Positions 12,728-25,710 of a stretch of 64,000 nucleotides of DNA are shown piece after piece; position 1 is the first letter of the stretch; the number at the start of each line of letters is the position of its first letter. Under the pieces are notes generated by a model. That model was not told where the DNA came from, ran no database searches, and worked only from the letters and a program-made list of their open reading frames with translations. The position numbers and the translations under genes are program-made. This DNA comes from Selaginella moellendorffii. Lineage: Eukaryota; Plantae; Lycopodiophyta. Location of the stretch: the NCBI RefSeq assembly GCF_000143415.4, contig NW_003314345.1:266574-330573 (forward strand). The letters run 5' to 3'.

Positions 12728-13654
12728 CTAATTATTTTTCCAAATTATATATTTTGAGTTACCAATATGACTTGACACAACTAATGTTCCATTATCTTCA
12801 AGTGTTAATAAAGCAAAAACTATGCATTTTAAACAATAATTATCATTTTCCCATATAATATTATCATCTTTATTTATAAGTAAACGACCACTATATTGAA
12901 GGTGTAAAGAACAAGAAGCATCAAATTTTTCTGAATTTGTAGACCATAAACTTTGTTCATGAAGAATACTTTCAATTATTAAATTACAATTGATAAGAGT
13001 TGCTCTATAATGATTATTTGATGATACTAAAGCATTTCCATTAATTATATATGTACCAATTCTATGTTTATATCCACTTATTAATTGTGTTCTATATGCC
13101 CAACATTGTGAAGTATCAAAATCACCATTTAAAATATCTCTAGGTGGATTATTATCATCAGGTAAACCTTTTGGATATTCTAAAGAAGGTATTGGATCAT
13201 TAGGATTTCTTCTACTTGGTCCAGTAGCAAAATAATCAATTATAAAGTGTCTATAAACAGTAATAATTTCTTGTAAACCATAAATACGTGCATGATATTC
13301 TACAAGTCGTAATATTTGAGTAAATGTTTCTTGTAAATATCGTGCAGTAAAGGCATAGCCTTCAGGAAGTGATGTACAATCAAAACCCCTTAAAGCATCA
13401 CGAAATATATAAATTCGAATAATAACTTGTTGATAAGCAACACTTATTGATTCTTGAATAAAATATCCATTTGGCCCAGGATTGATTGGCATATTGATTC
13501 TTCCTATTAAATTTCTAAATTCTCTTATAATTCTACCGATGTGTCTATTGCCAAAATGGTATAAACCTCCAATCACTCTTGTTTCTGGTGGTTGTGCATA
13601 ATAGCTTGCAATAAAAGAAAATAAAATGACTAATAATAAAATTTTAAAGCTCAT
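12728..13654 (-). CDS. Secreted 308-aa protein: signal peptide, unrecognised N-terminal domain, C-terminal bulb-type (GNA/B-lectin)-like domain
   Basis: Intact intronless ORF in very AT-rich DNA. Hydrophobic N-terminus MSFKILLLVILFSFIASYYA. The C-terminal pattern LVSSN...CNLII...LWSTNS...CSLHLQYSGRLLI...IIWEN...LTLEDNGTLVV is typical of B-lectin repeats. Confidence 0.8.
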   Translation of the reverse strand: MSFKILLLVILFSFIASYYAQPPETRVIGGLYHFGNRHIGRIIREFRNLIGRINMPINPGPNGYFIQESISVAYQQVIIRIYIFRDALRGFDCTSLPEGYAFTARYLQETFTQILRLVEYHARIYGLQEIITVYRHFIIDYFATGPSRRNPNDPIPSLEYPKGLPDDNNPPRDILNGDFDTSQCWAYRTQLISGYKHRIGTYIINGNALVSSNNHYRATLINCNLIIESILHEQSLWSTNSEKFDASCSLHLQYSGRLLINKDDNIIWENDNYCLKCIVFALLTLEDNGTLVVSSHIGNSKYIIWKNN

Positions 13655-13924
13655 TATTACAAATAATAAATAAGTAATTAAACTATATATCTATATATAT
13701 AAAGTTTTAGTTGTTTTTTTTCAAATTTTTAATTATTAGCTTTAAATCATATATATTATTAAAGATGAGTACCATTTGTTTCATGACATTTGTACACAAA
13801 ATATTTAAATGAAAAAGTTCACTATTGTTTATATGTTTTAAAATTATTTTTAAGTATATTATTGTAATGTTAATAAGGTGTTAGTCTGACACTTGTCAAG
13901 TTCTTTGTCAAAGAGTGGCTCTTC

Positions 13925-14660
13925 GGCATGCTGGGGGATTTTAATCTGCTGAATTTTGTGGGCTATTGCGACGAGCTCAATGCTGGGTATGCAACCAATG
14001 GCTATCTGCAAGCCAAAGGCGTGGGAGCTTGCGCCGTGACGTTCACTGTTGGGGGTCTTAGTGTCATCAACGCCATAGCAGACTCCTACAGCGAGAATTT
14101 GCTGGTGATTTGCATTGTTGGAGGCCCCAATTCAAATTTTTTCATCACACGATTGCAAGTTACTTGTGCTCAGGTAACAAATTTTTTTCTCTCATTTTCT
14201 TCTTTCTGTGTGGAACATCCACTGGTCTTGCAATTGAAAACTTGTTTATTTTGTGGAGCATGGAATCTCTCATCAATGATTTTGATGGTTTTTGCATGGA
14301 ATATTTGTGTCTTGTTTGGAAACCCTTGTGCTGTCATAACACAAGCATTGTTTTCATAGCTTTATGGGAACTAAGGCAAAGCTTTTATAGGAACTTGGCT
14401 CTTTTGTGGAACTTTTTTCCTGGTCTGGCTAGGTTACAGCATAGGATGTTGGTACCATGATTCGTTATGGCCAAAGGAGCATCATATTCCTGATTAACAA
14501 CCGTGGCTTACACAATTGAAGTGGAGATCCACGACAGACATGATTAAAAAAACTGGGATTACACTGGAGTGGTGAATGCTTTCCACAACAATGAGCATCA
14601 CGAGAAAGGAGCTGCTGGAATGGGGGCCGCTGCTGTTACCACATCTAAAGTTCCCTAGCT
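13925..14660 (+). pseudogene. PDC: Pyruvate decarboxylase pseudogene (internally deleted)
   Basis: N-terminal GDFNL..CDELNAGYA..GY...GVGACAVTFTVGGLSVINAIA.SYSENL.VICIVGGPNSN. Frameshifted C-terminal pieces follow: QDV.TMIRYGQRSIIFLINN, TIEVEIHD, NWDYTGVVNAFHN, KELLEWG. Confidence 0.9.
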
Positions 14661-16807
14661 ATTGACACTATTCACCAAAAGCAATATAAATCCTCTTAAA
14701 GCTATTTTGTCTTCTTAAGGGGATTGTGGTTCAACACTATAATAGGTTTTGACTTGATGGTGCTAGTGGAAGGAGACTAGCTATACAATTTTTCATTGGA
14801 GAATAAGAGTGCATTTCAAGGTGTTCTTGGAATATTTCACAATAGGTGATGATTAAATCTAAATTTCTCATTATAATAATTTCATCATAGTTGTGTATAT
14901 TATGTAGATTAACAACATAGGCTACAATTTGTTATGCTATACAAAAGCAATGGCATAAGTTCACATATAACAAGAGCCCATAAGCATTATGCTATATAAA
15001 CTCCTCTTTTGTGGATATGGATGTTGACGAAGACTATTTTTTTCTATACTAGAATTTTATAGTGGTATTATACAATTTCTTCTTTGACTTATGAAATTTA
15101 ATTTTTTATTAGACTTATGTTATTTAGTATCTTCTTGGACTCAAGATGTGTCTTAACTTTCGAATAGAATTGTTAGTTTGTCCCAAATCAATCATTTCAA
15201 CATTGACTTCTATTAACTTGAGCTCAACTCGTGAGTTGAGCTCAAAACCTCTAGCAAATAACCTTTATCATTTTCTCAAAAGCTAGTCCATTGGATGAAG
15301 CCTTTTTTTTCTCAAGAGTGTGAGCTTGTTCAAAGTGTTCAACTAGTATGTTATTGCCTTCTGTGAGAACAATCATAAGAGAGAGAGAGATTTTCTTCCT
15401 CCGCTACTTTGTCATATTCTTCATTTGGTGCTGTGGCATTTGCATGCTCTCTTGTGATTGATTTTTGGCACTCTCATTCATGTCAAGGAGATTTCTTGAA
15501 CAAATACCCTTGATTAGAACTTGTTGATGGTATCAAATAGATCCTAGTCCAAAACTGGCAGAGTGAACTTCTTGAAAATACCCAAGTAGAGGGTGAAGTA
15601 ATTGGCATTTCCAATCTGGTGATTATAATCCTTGATTACACTAGTTGTCTAGTGAACTGGAGCTGGTTGACACTTCTCACAAGCTGAGGCTCTACCTTGC
15701 AAGATACTCTTCCTGCTTCAAATCAATCAAAGCATGATTCTCAACTAAAGTCCAATTGTATCCTCTTTTCCACCTTGACACTAGATCATCTTCAAATAGC
15801 CCCGCTTCCTTGGTTGTTGATCCCTCATCACTCACCTATAGTTTCTCAACTTGATGAAAATGCATTCTAGGAATACCTAGATTGGAAATGAGGTTGCACG
15901 TGCTATGCTTCATCCTCATATGGCCTGATGCTCCCGAATTGCAATACAAAAAGTGAGTGTGAGAATCATGATTAACACTAGGAATCACATAAGTAGAGAG
16001 CATGGCAAAACTAGCATTAGATCTGGTGATCAAGCTCTCATGATCAAGCAGCTCTCCTGACTCATTCCAGCCCTAATGGAAAGTTACATAAATATAATGG
16101 TAAGTACATAAATATATAAATATACATAAAAAGATACATAAATTAAATGGTAATTATTGATACTTAAAGGTCTATGTGAAGCAAAAGCTCCTTAAATTTC
16201 ACCCTTAACTTGCAAAAAGGGCCTAATTGGCCTAAGTATGGCCCATGTGTATGAATGAAGGCTTTAGAGACTTATTTAATTAATTTTTGGTCTGCTTAAG
16301 ATAGTGGATATACCTAGAAGATGCTTAAATATTCTAGAATATTTTAATATTTAATGATTTTTATTCGTATTTATATTTATAAACATATTTATCATTTATC
16401 AACTTTACTAAAAATTTATAGTCTAATGGTTGATATGCAATAAGATTAATTTTGTGTTTATAAATTATAAATATGCTTATAATTACTGATCAATTGGATT
16501 AATAAATACTAAATAAGAATACTACTATAAGCATTGCTACTGCAACATGAAGTAAATTATTTAATTTGTAAGTAATAAATTATATAAAGTTTCATATTAC
16601 GTCTTTATATATAAATTTTACATTTAAAAACAATAAATCGTTGGCCATGCTGCAAACATGTAAGAATGTACTCGAATATCTTTAGCATATCTTCTTAGGC
16701 TCAAGCTAAGGGCAAGTGCAGAAGAGAGGGCAATTTGGCTAGAGATAAAGCATTTAGAGTGAGGAGGGGGGGCTTGGCTAAAGGACCAGCTGGAGGGTAA
16801 GGAGCTA

Positions 16808-18003
16808 GTATGGATAAAACTGTAGAAAATAAATTAGGGAGCACAAATATGAATTCTCTATGATGCTACAGAAATAGTTTGGAAAGCATTCAAAGGGTAG
16901 TAGAGCAGAGCATGTTTATTTTTCCCAGCTCATACTCAATCATAAAATCAAGGGCCTATAGCTACTCAATCCATCAGTATTGCTTCTTGTTAAGATTTTG
17001 CTGCTTTAAAAGAAACTAAGTGGTAAATCCTCAATGTGAAATGTGCTAGAACAAGGTAGCGGCACCACTTTCCCACTGCATGCATGACCTCTCTTCTCTT
17101 CTTTCTCTTGCCTTGGTTGCTCTTGAGCTCATCCAACCTGTCAATTGCAGCTCTAGAGGACTTCTTGCAGCAGGATTGCCACCCACCAACTCACAGCACC
17201 AAGAAGATGCTATGCACAAATCCTTCATTGAGTCCTTCCATACTTCTATCTTCTTAGCTGTGATAGGAATGACTTCTATCTCTTTCCCATGCACTACTTT
17301 ACTCTCATACGTGCTCGGGAACACCACTAGCTGGTATGGATGAAACTATAGAAAATAAATTATGGAGCACATATATGAAATCTTTATGATGCTATAGAAA
17401 TAGTTGGGAAAGCATTCAAAGGGTACTAGAGAACATACAATTCTCTATAATGCTATGGAAAACAGTTGGGAAAGCATTTGAAAGGTAGCCTTGTATGATC
17501 TGCTAACTTGGTTCTAGAATGGACAAGCCTTGCACCACTGAGTCATTTGGCTTCTCAAACTTATGGGACAATGCATCAGAGAGCATGTTCATTTTTCCCA
17601 GCTTGTACTCGATTATAAAATCAAGGGCCTATAGCTACTTAATCCGTCAGTATTGCTTCTTATTAAGATTTTGCTGCTTTAAAAGAAACTAAGTGGTAAA
17701 TCCTCAATATGGAATGTCCTAGAACAAGGTAGCGGCACCACTTTCCCATTGCATGCATGATCTCTCTTCTCTTCTTTCTCTTGCCTTGGCTGCTCTTGAG
17801 CTCATCCAACCTGTCAATTGCAGCTCTAGAGGACTTCTTGCAGCAGGATTGCCACCCACCAACTCACAGCACTAAGAAGATGCTATGCACAGATCCTTCA
17901 TTGAATCCTTCCATACTCCTATCTTCTTAGCTGTGATAGGAATGACTTCTATCTCTTTCCCATGCACTACTTTATTCTCATATGCGCTTGGGAACACCAC
18001 TAG
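16808..18003. repeat. Tandem duplication of about 0.5-0.67 kb (16808-17330 vs 17334-18003)
   Basis: Near-identical blocks, e.g. AGAGCATGTT...GGAACACCACTAG at 16908-17330 and 17580-18003. Confidence 0.9.
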
Positions 18004-18592
18004 TCTGCAACTGTTTGCAATGCATACCAAGATTCTCAAACCCAACTTGCCTAAGAAGGTGATGAACTTTTTCTCTCACAAGAACTTGCTCTTGCCACTC
18101 TAACTCACTAGAGAACTCTTTTAGGACTTCCAAAATGCTTAGAATCACTATGTTTCCACAGCCAATCACAAATAGCTCTATAATTCCCTCCTTGCAACTC
18201 TAGAAAGATGGGATGAGCTCAGAATCCTCTCCAAACACTCAGTTCTACTACAAGCTTGGGAACACCACTAATCTGTAGCCATTTGCAAATTATAAAGAGA
18301 TTCTTCTCAAAAAACGCTTTCTTCTTTCTAAAAAATATGGACCAAAGGGTTATAGTTGTCCTTAACCTAACCTCCATCACTCCAGATGAGGCTAAGATTT
18401 TTATGATGTTTATAATGCATCCATCTCCCAGAATCTTGGATTGTTGTCTTGAACTTCTGCCACCTTTATTGCTTTGCTAGTGATCATCATAAACCCATCC
18501 AAGTTCCCTATATTGCTTCGCTCCTGATCCTCCCACTGAAATCCCAAAGATTCCTTAAATCTCACCACTTAAGATACTCATCTGCTATGTGA

Positions 18593-18822
18593 ATCAAACC
18601 ACATTTAACTATTTCCATCCAAGATTTTGCATCTTTATTATGCCTGCATTTCTTCGACCCCTGTCATCATCAAACCACACTTAACTATTTCCATCCAAGA
18701 TTTTGCATCCTTATTATGACTGCATTTCTTCAACCCTTACTGTCCATGTTTACTATGTGGATCAAACCACACTCAACTGTTTCCATCCAGATTTTGCATC
18801 CTTATTATGCCTGCATTTCTTT
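18593..18822. repeat. Three degenerate tandem units of about 75-90 bp
   Basis: ATCAAACCACAC...TTTCCATCC.AGATTTTGCATC.TTATTATG.CTGCATTTCTT repeated three times. Confidence 0.85.
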
Positions 18823-19689
18823 GACCTTGTTTTCGATATTTCTTGCTATCACAACTTCCTCAACATCTTTTGGCTATTTTTCAGCTGCCAGGACTTCCTC
18901 CTCTGTTAATGATGCCACTAAGAAGCCTTGGTCTAGAGAATCTCAAGTCTCCTTGACCTCATTACCCTTGTTGCTTACTCCTTTTGCATGAACCTCCTCT
19001 TAACAAGGTTTCTTGATTCCTACCCCACCTTGTGATCCCTGTAATGGACTCACCTTAGTTCCATATGGTCTACCTAGAAGAGTAAGTCCTTTCACAGAGA
19101 ATCTTGTTGGAAGAAGGACCCAGGAATATGGAGGCTTCAGCCTTGCCCTAGTCATATCTTACCACATCCTGTCACTGGCAGCTCCTGATCCCCACAAGAC
19201 TTTTGACTTTGAAAGGCAAATTTAGCCATGTTCTACCAAGCTTTTACTCCATAAACACTTGTAATTCCTTGTTTGCCTTCCTGATGCTTGATGTCATGAA
19301 TTTTGCCATGAATAACCTTTTTCATGCATTTTCATCTCTAGGAAACACTGCCTCCTACCATTCTTTAGCCATCTTGGCCATTTCCATAGCCATGTTTTCT
19401 TCATGAATGGCCATCTCTTCTTTCAGCATCTCATCTCCAAGTTTGTTGGTGTCTTCCACCATCATCTCCACCTCCTGGATTCTTGAATCCATTTTCTTGA
19501 GCTCCTATATCACGCAAGCCCCACAAGCATATGCCATCTCGAGCTTCTTTGTTGTCCTCTAATTGAAGGTGGTAAAGAATTTACTACCTCATAAGCACCT
19601 CCTAGATACTTTAGCTTTGCTTCATAAAGATTCTTTGTCTCTTGGGCATGCTTTTAGATTCCATGTGCCAGTGCAATGTGAGTTCCCTG

Positions 19690-19960
19690 GATGGTGCTGG
19701 CAATGTGCTATGGCAGGAGGAGGTCTGCGGCAAGTTTTGGGGCGGATTGAGCAGCCCAATATGCTGAGCTTCATGGCAGCCATGAGCGCCATAACAGGGC
19801 TAGTGATGTGCAAGGCGGGGAGATTGATCCATGAAAGTATTGTCAGGGTCGAATTGCTCAAGAGAGGCAAGTGGATCCATTTGCAGCCCCACTGCCTCGT
19901 ATCAAATATGGTGGTGAAAATTCTGCTCAATATGTATGCCAAATGTGGACAGGTACAAAG
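19690..19960 (+). pseudogene. PLS-class PPR gene fragment
   Basis: QVLGRIEQPN...GRLIH...GKWIH...LLNMYAKCG. Confidence 0.7.
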
Positions 19961-20761
19961 GCATCGCTATGCTTGCAACTAATCATCCTCAAGATCTCAA
20001 TGAAGCTATGCACAGGCGGGTCACTTTTCTATTTAGTTGTGTTAGCGAGTTTCATCCGCCAGAACACCGGGGAATTTGGAAGATATCATATGACAAATTA
20101 TATTTATCAAAATAGCTTTTATTAAAGTGTGTTAACAGATACAAAAGTAGTTCTTTACTTCAAGAGACAGTGCCAGTTTCCGAGGAAGACATCATCGAAG
20201 GCAGGTGCGTGGCAGCTTTAGATTTGTGTTTTAGTTTGTGTTACTAATACCGGAATCCACATACGAAGTCGTTCAATTTGTCCAAAGGTAAATCACATAG
20301 CGTTTTTTCAAAGCACTTTGAGCTTAAGTTGATTCCAGTGCAGGCGCTCACATTTTGATGGGCTAAGCAAGCGATTCAATGAGGTTGTGTGTTCTTTTTA
20401 CTGTCGTCCACCTTGCTGAGAAACTTTCTTCAGGCTGCCTTACGCTCTGGTGATCGGACCAAAGGATCTAGTGCCTGAAGCTGAAAAGAAACACCTCTGT
20501 CATCTAAATGCCTTTTCAACTCTTTCTTTTGTTGCAGAAAGTGACGGCAGTCGCAGCTTGATTAGTTGTCCGGTTTTGACGTGGTAATATAGGCTGTTAA
20601 GGGTAACACTTGAGCTAAGTGTTGGTACAGCACGGTTTTTTGAAGGAAGAAAATGGGAGCTGAGCGTTCTAAGCCCGAGTGTCCACAAGGCTGTCAACGA
20701 TTTGGGGATCACTTCTTTTTGAACACTGTTATCCAATGTCCACACACAAGATGAAATCCTC

Positions 20762-20785
20762 ATATATATATATATATATATATAT
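20762..20785. repeat. (TA)n microsatellite
   Basis: Directly visible. Confidence 0.95.
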
Positions 20786-20996
20786 TATGTCAGTGCTACT
20801 CACTCTCGTCTCTGCGCTCTCTTTTATGTTGCAGGCGATTAGCACCTTGAGGCGAAAGAGAGTCCAGGTCGCGACCAAGTTTGGCAGGGAATCCGATGTG
20901 ATCCAGCTGAATCATCTGGGAGACGAAATCCTGTGAAGTCCACACCCTATATAATTCCATAGGGCCAGGGATAATGCAAGACTGGAATAGGGATTA

Positions 20997-23857
20997 ATGG
21001 GTCCGCCGCGCCATGGATCTGGAAAAGCGTCAGGCCTGCAGCTCCGGAGATCCAGACCGCCCGGCGATGAGCAGCGCCTTGTTCCTCAGGAGAAAGCCGC
21101 CGCATCTTCAGGGCGGAGAAAGCGGAAAGCGGCTGAAGAATCAGCGGCCGCAAGAGAAAAGAAAAGGTTGCAATCTATAGTAATCCAAATGGTCCACGAG
21201 AAATCTCCTGGCAAGATTATGGACTTGGCCAAGAAGATGCTCGAAGGTACGGTTTGTTTTTCATTCCCAACTTCAAGATAGTTCTCACGATACAAACAAA
21301 ATTTAACAGATCCAAAACCAACGCCAACGCCAGAGACTTCTGAAGAGACTGAAGATGATCCGGGAATCGTTGAGAGAGCATTTCAAGGGGAGTATCAGAC
21401 TGTGGGGGGAGTAGACAACGTTGATCTCTTGCGTCAGAAGATTGAAGAAACAGGAACATCCTGGGTTGCAAAGAATCGGATAGCACCTGTCGTTACTCTA
21501 GTGCAGTCGAGTGGCTGGGGAAAGTCGAGGACTATCTGCGAGCTTGCAAGTCGAGGTGTGTTCGTGGTTTACTGCTCCTTTGCATCTGCCACCACTACTT
21601 ACCCGCCAAGGTCTGCCATTGCGGACTTCTTCTACACAAGCGCCGTCAGGTTGCTCAGCTCGGGTTCTCGGCTTGTGTCAGAGAGCAGGTTTATGCTCTT
21701 CTGCATGCACTACTTCTCGTCGTGCATCGATGTCGCCGTGGACAAGCAGTTGGCGGCAGAGGACTTCCTGCAGGAACTAATGCTTGGAGAGGAATTCTGG
21801 CGTCTAGTGCAGGCCAAGATTGAGAGTCGACAAAAACAGTGGGAACGCCGCTATCCTGCACTTGAAAAGGTACTGCTGGAGGAGCCTAGTAGAGCGACCA
21901 ATGTCTGGGGCGCATGGGAAGATCGGGTACATCGGCGAATGCGGAATACCGACAAACTGAAGCAGTTACCGGATCCTCCCAAAGGAAAACTCAAGGTTTT
22001 GTTTGTCATGGATGAAGCTGGATGGTTTGGCAGGTGTGATGATCATCGAGCTTTTGCTGCATTTGATCCTGCAAGAAGGGCTGCCAGGCTGTTTCCAGGG
22101 ACTGGAGAGGTCGTTGCCTTATATACAGACACCAACGATTTTGCTGGGAGCAATGTTGCACCTCCATGTAGGCCGCACAGCAGCGACCGAGTAGCTGCAC
22201 ATGGAATGGCAGTATCACATCCAGCGTACTGCTTTTTCCCGGCACACTCCCCATCAGACACAGGAACAGGTAGCCTTCCGCTTGCCAAAGTGGAAAATCT
22301 TGGTCGTCTGGTCGCTTATGGTCGGCCGCTCTGGCAAGCACTGTTAAAGGCTAACGGAGATCCTCAGGAGGTATTAACTCTGGCTGTCAACAAGCTCCTT
22401 GGCGGCGCGAATTCGCTCAGCAAATTTGTGGACCAAGGTTTTATGTTGGAAGAGGCTCCTTTGGCCATACTTGGCTGCAGGGTGTGCCTCGACATCAACC
22501 CTCAGGCCAGAGTTGTCGCCGGCTTGGTTGCGAGGCACCTGCTTAGCGTGGTGTCTATCTCTGACGACCGGGAGCATGTTTGGACGGATTGGGCCGTCGA
22601 GCCAGTGGTTGCAGCGGCTGCAGCAATGGCTTTGCGTGCGGGGCGAAAGCGGACAGGGTGGCAATACTGTCTCGAAAAACTTGAGGACGGGCTGATGCGT
22701 GGCTGGGTTGATCGAGGTTACCGGGGCGAGCTTGTTGCACGAGTGCTGCTATTACTCGCAGTGGACAGTCTGCAGAAAGATGCATGGAGGTGCTTCACTT
22801 TTGACGAGCTATGCCGTGGCCTTTGCGGCACGTCGCTGTCGGATCTCAGAAGAGCAGAGCTGGGAGTGGAAGACGAGGAGAAGGGCCTTAAAAATGTTGG
22901 TGACGCCAAGTTTCTTTGCTTGCAGTTCAGGAAAACTGACATTCCACTGAAGGAGCTCACAGCAGAGAATCTGCTTGCATTTGGAAAGGCGGGTGTTGGC
23001 ATTATTTGCAGTGGAGGCATAGACATTATCATCGTAGGCTTTTTCGGTGGTACGTTCAGCTTGGAGACGATGACCGCCATTCTGGTGAAAGTGAAGAGGA
23101 CGAAGACGCTAGGCGACTTGGATTTGGCATATGCTAAATGTAGCCCGGAGTTTTCTGGGATGGTGGCTCTACTCGAGGTACCATACGTGAGCTTGCTCGT
23201 GAATGTTGCTGACAGTTCCAGTGACGAACTTGGAAACTCAGAACGACAAAGCGTCAGTTTCAAAACTGGGAAACTCGTTAAAGCGGCATTAATGAAGAAG
23301 ATGCCTGCAAATGTTTCGATGGAAGTGGCACTCCAGGAAACACACCCAAATTGCGAAGGTGTTGAGCTATGGGGAAAGGAGAAAGGAATGTTGTCCAGGA
23401 GCAAAAGACGTTCCTTACGGAATGTCGAGGCATGGAAACGATATTTTACTCGGGTTGATGACGATCTCCAACACATCGTGGCTATTAAAGGTGCGTTTTG
23501 TGTTGTTTTGTTGACAGTCACATTGGTTTTTTTCGCAGGCTTGCAGGCATTCTCATCCAGGGACCAAGTGAAACCCCTGGTTGACATGTCTCTGAAATCC
23601 GCTCCAGGGATGAGGCGGTTAGAGGAGAGGAGTCAGAAGATATGTGCAGAGATGATGTTTAGCCTTGTCGGAAAGAGCAAACTGCGAAAGGAAAGGAAGT
23701 CACTACTCTGGTAAGGAGTGCTTTGCATCTATATTTCTCTTGACGATATTATTTGTGCAGTGGCTGTCACAGTATATACAGCTCCAAATTCTGGAATGTC
23801 GCCGGCTTCCATCGCTGTAAACTTTTTCAAAAGGGCGCAAGAAGATCTTTTATTTGA
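20997..23857 (+). CDS. Crinkler/RHS-type P-loop NTPase plus restriction-endonuclease-fold protein (multi-exon; 5' end uncertain)
   Basis: Walker A QSSGWGKS, YPPRS, Walker B VLFVMDE, YGRPLW, EPVVAAAA and G.VDRGYRGE.VARVLL. C-terminal GIDII...ILVKVK is PD-(D/E)xK-like. GT-AG introns at 21247-21309 (63 nt), 23491-23538 (48 nt) and 23711-23760 (50 nt). Confidence 0.75.
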
Positions 23858-25026
23858 CTAATATAAAAGTTTCTTCTGGCCATGGTCGTCCATGACAAAC
23901 TTGATCTCCAGTGCACCACAGCAGTGTGCCTAGAACTCACGTTCTACCGATACAACATCGAATGGAAGCTCCTCCGAAGAGGCTAAGCTATACGTCTTCA
24001 ATTTCGTTTTCTTTCGTTTCTCGACTAACAAAAGATCTCTTGAGACTAGATTTTAAATCAAAATGTAAGATAAGATGGACATAAGATGAATGAGCACAGG
24101 CTCTTTAGTTTTATTTTCTGGATCTTATTACACGCTGAAGGTTGGTTGTTTGTAGACATGTGTAAATAACCTGGTTAAACATTTGTATGTTTGCCGTCGC
24201 GAGTGGAGTTCAAAAAAATCACCTCATGGTGTGGTGCTTATTTACTACACCATTAAAAAGTTCGCCCGCTTCGTCCAAAACGATCTATGGTTGTAGAATT
24301 AGTGAAAAAAAAAGAAAGAAAAGCGACCCAGAGATGCATGAAAATGTTACAGGCCCCTTGACCTCACCAATGGAAGAAAATACGTAAGCATTTCGGTAAG
24401 GAGAGAGGAAGAATCTGTGAAGTAAACTCTAGGCGAGACGCAAAGCACGAAGAACACTTGAGAAAGTTCTAGGAGATCGCCTGCCCTAGCTAAATCAAAG
24501 AGGGAAGAACTCAGATTCGCCTTTTCTCAGCCAAATCGTCGCAAGCTCTCAGTGATGTCAACGTATCAGCCATCGCTTGATGCGAAGACCACGATCATCA
24601 AACTCACAACAAGACTTGGATTGCGCTGATTTTCTGTCGAATCATCACCGTTCCTGGGCAAGAACAAGGGCACTTCCACGAGGGAGAAAACCAAACTCGC
24701 TCCTGCCCATACCTCCTCGCCATCAAAATCATCTTTGCTGCGAGATCGCGTCACAAAAAAGGCAAAACAGGAGGCACCAATCGATCATCCCACGCCGCAA
24801 GAACAGGGCATCAGACTTAAACTAATGAGCGTAAAGGAGAGCCCTACCAGGGACGGCCGAGATTAAATCACTGCTCCAACGGCCACGATCTCTTATGGCG
24901 TTTAGCCCAGATTAACAAAGTTGAGAAGGTTTACCAGCAACGCAGTCAATGGCGCTGACTGGAAATTGAAATTTGACTGTCCAGTCAAATAAATAGTCTG
25001 CGAGGATCCGGAGCGTGATCACGAAA

Positions 25027-25710
25027 ATGGCTCGTGGAAATCTCTCCTCGCTGCCGTCACTGCTGCTTATTCTCATTTCTTCCTTGATGATATTCTCATC
25101 CCGCGCTGCCGATCCCGATCCAGCGCAGGATTACTGCGTCGCAAACGTCGAGCTCCCGCTGCGAGTGAATGGCTTCACTTGCAAGCCCGAGGTCACTCCG
25201 CTCGATTTCGTCTCCTATCTCCTGCGAGAGCCCCCGAATCCCACCGCCCTGGAGAACAATCGACTGGGTTCCATCGTCACGCAGGTGAACGTCCAGAGTT
25301 TCCCGGGGCTCCACACCCAGGGCCTCTCGATCCAGCGCTTCACGTACGCGCCCGGAGGCGTGATTCCTCCCCACGTCCATCCCCGGTCCTCGGAGCTGCT
25401 CTACGTCCTCCAGGGAACGGTCGTGGCGGGGTTTGTGACCACGGACAACCGGCTGTTCCAGGCGACGCTGGAGCCTGGCGACCTCTTCATCTATCCCAGA
25501 GCTCTCATCCACTTCTCGGTGAACACGGGCGAGACGCCGGCGCTGGCGATCGCGAGCTTCAACAGCGCCAATCCGGGCACGGCGCTGCTGCCCAACGCGC
25601 TCTTCGCGTCCGTGCCCGTGCTCCCGGCCGCGGTGCTCGCCAAGACGTTTGCGTTGAGCCAGAGGGTCATGGAGAGCTTGCGGCTCGCATTGAGGAGCAT
25701 TCTAACCTAG
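25027..25710 (+). CDS. Germin-like protein (cupin)
   Basis: Signal peptide, ADPDP.QDYCVA, germin box PPHVHPRSSE and GDLFIYPRALIHF; intronless. Confidence 0.96.
   Translation: MARGNLSSLPSLLLILISSLMIFSSRAADPDPAQDYCVANVELPLRVNGFTCKPEVTPLDFVSYLLREPPNPTALENNRLGSIVTQVNVQSFPGLHTQGLSIQRFTYAPGGVIPPHVHPRSSELLYVLQGTVVAGFVTTDNRLFQATLEPGDLFIYPRALIHFSVNTGETPALAIASFNSANPGTALLPNALFASVPVLPAAVLAKTFALSQRVMESLRLALRSILT

Larger units (their letters stand above)
16700..19480 (-). mobile_element. Probable highly degenerate LINE (non-LTR) relic
   Basis: Fragmentary minus-strand motifs SYRPLIL (cf. RT YRPISL) and KFEKPNDSV (cf. DFEKAYDSV). A GGVGI-like stretch lies near 19020 and a coiled-coil-like stretch near 19350-19490. 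No intact ORF. Confidence 0.4.

Noticed and set aside
15300-16060. Possible decayed minus-strand gene fragment
   Set aside because: Could not assign any family from the translations
22718-23587. Long antisense or overlapping ORFs (also 25179-25802, 32885-33451, 34968-35920 and others)
   Set aside because: Shadow frames of GC-rich real genes with no recognisable motifs
24420-24830. Short ORFs between the NTPase gene and germin
   Set aside because: No recognisable motif or coherent exon structure
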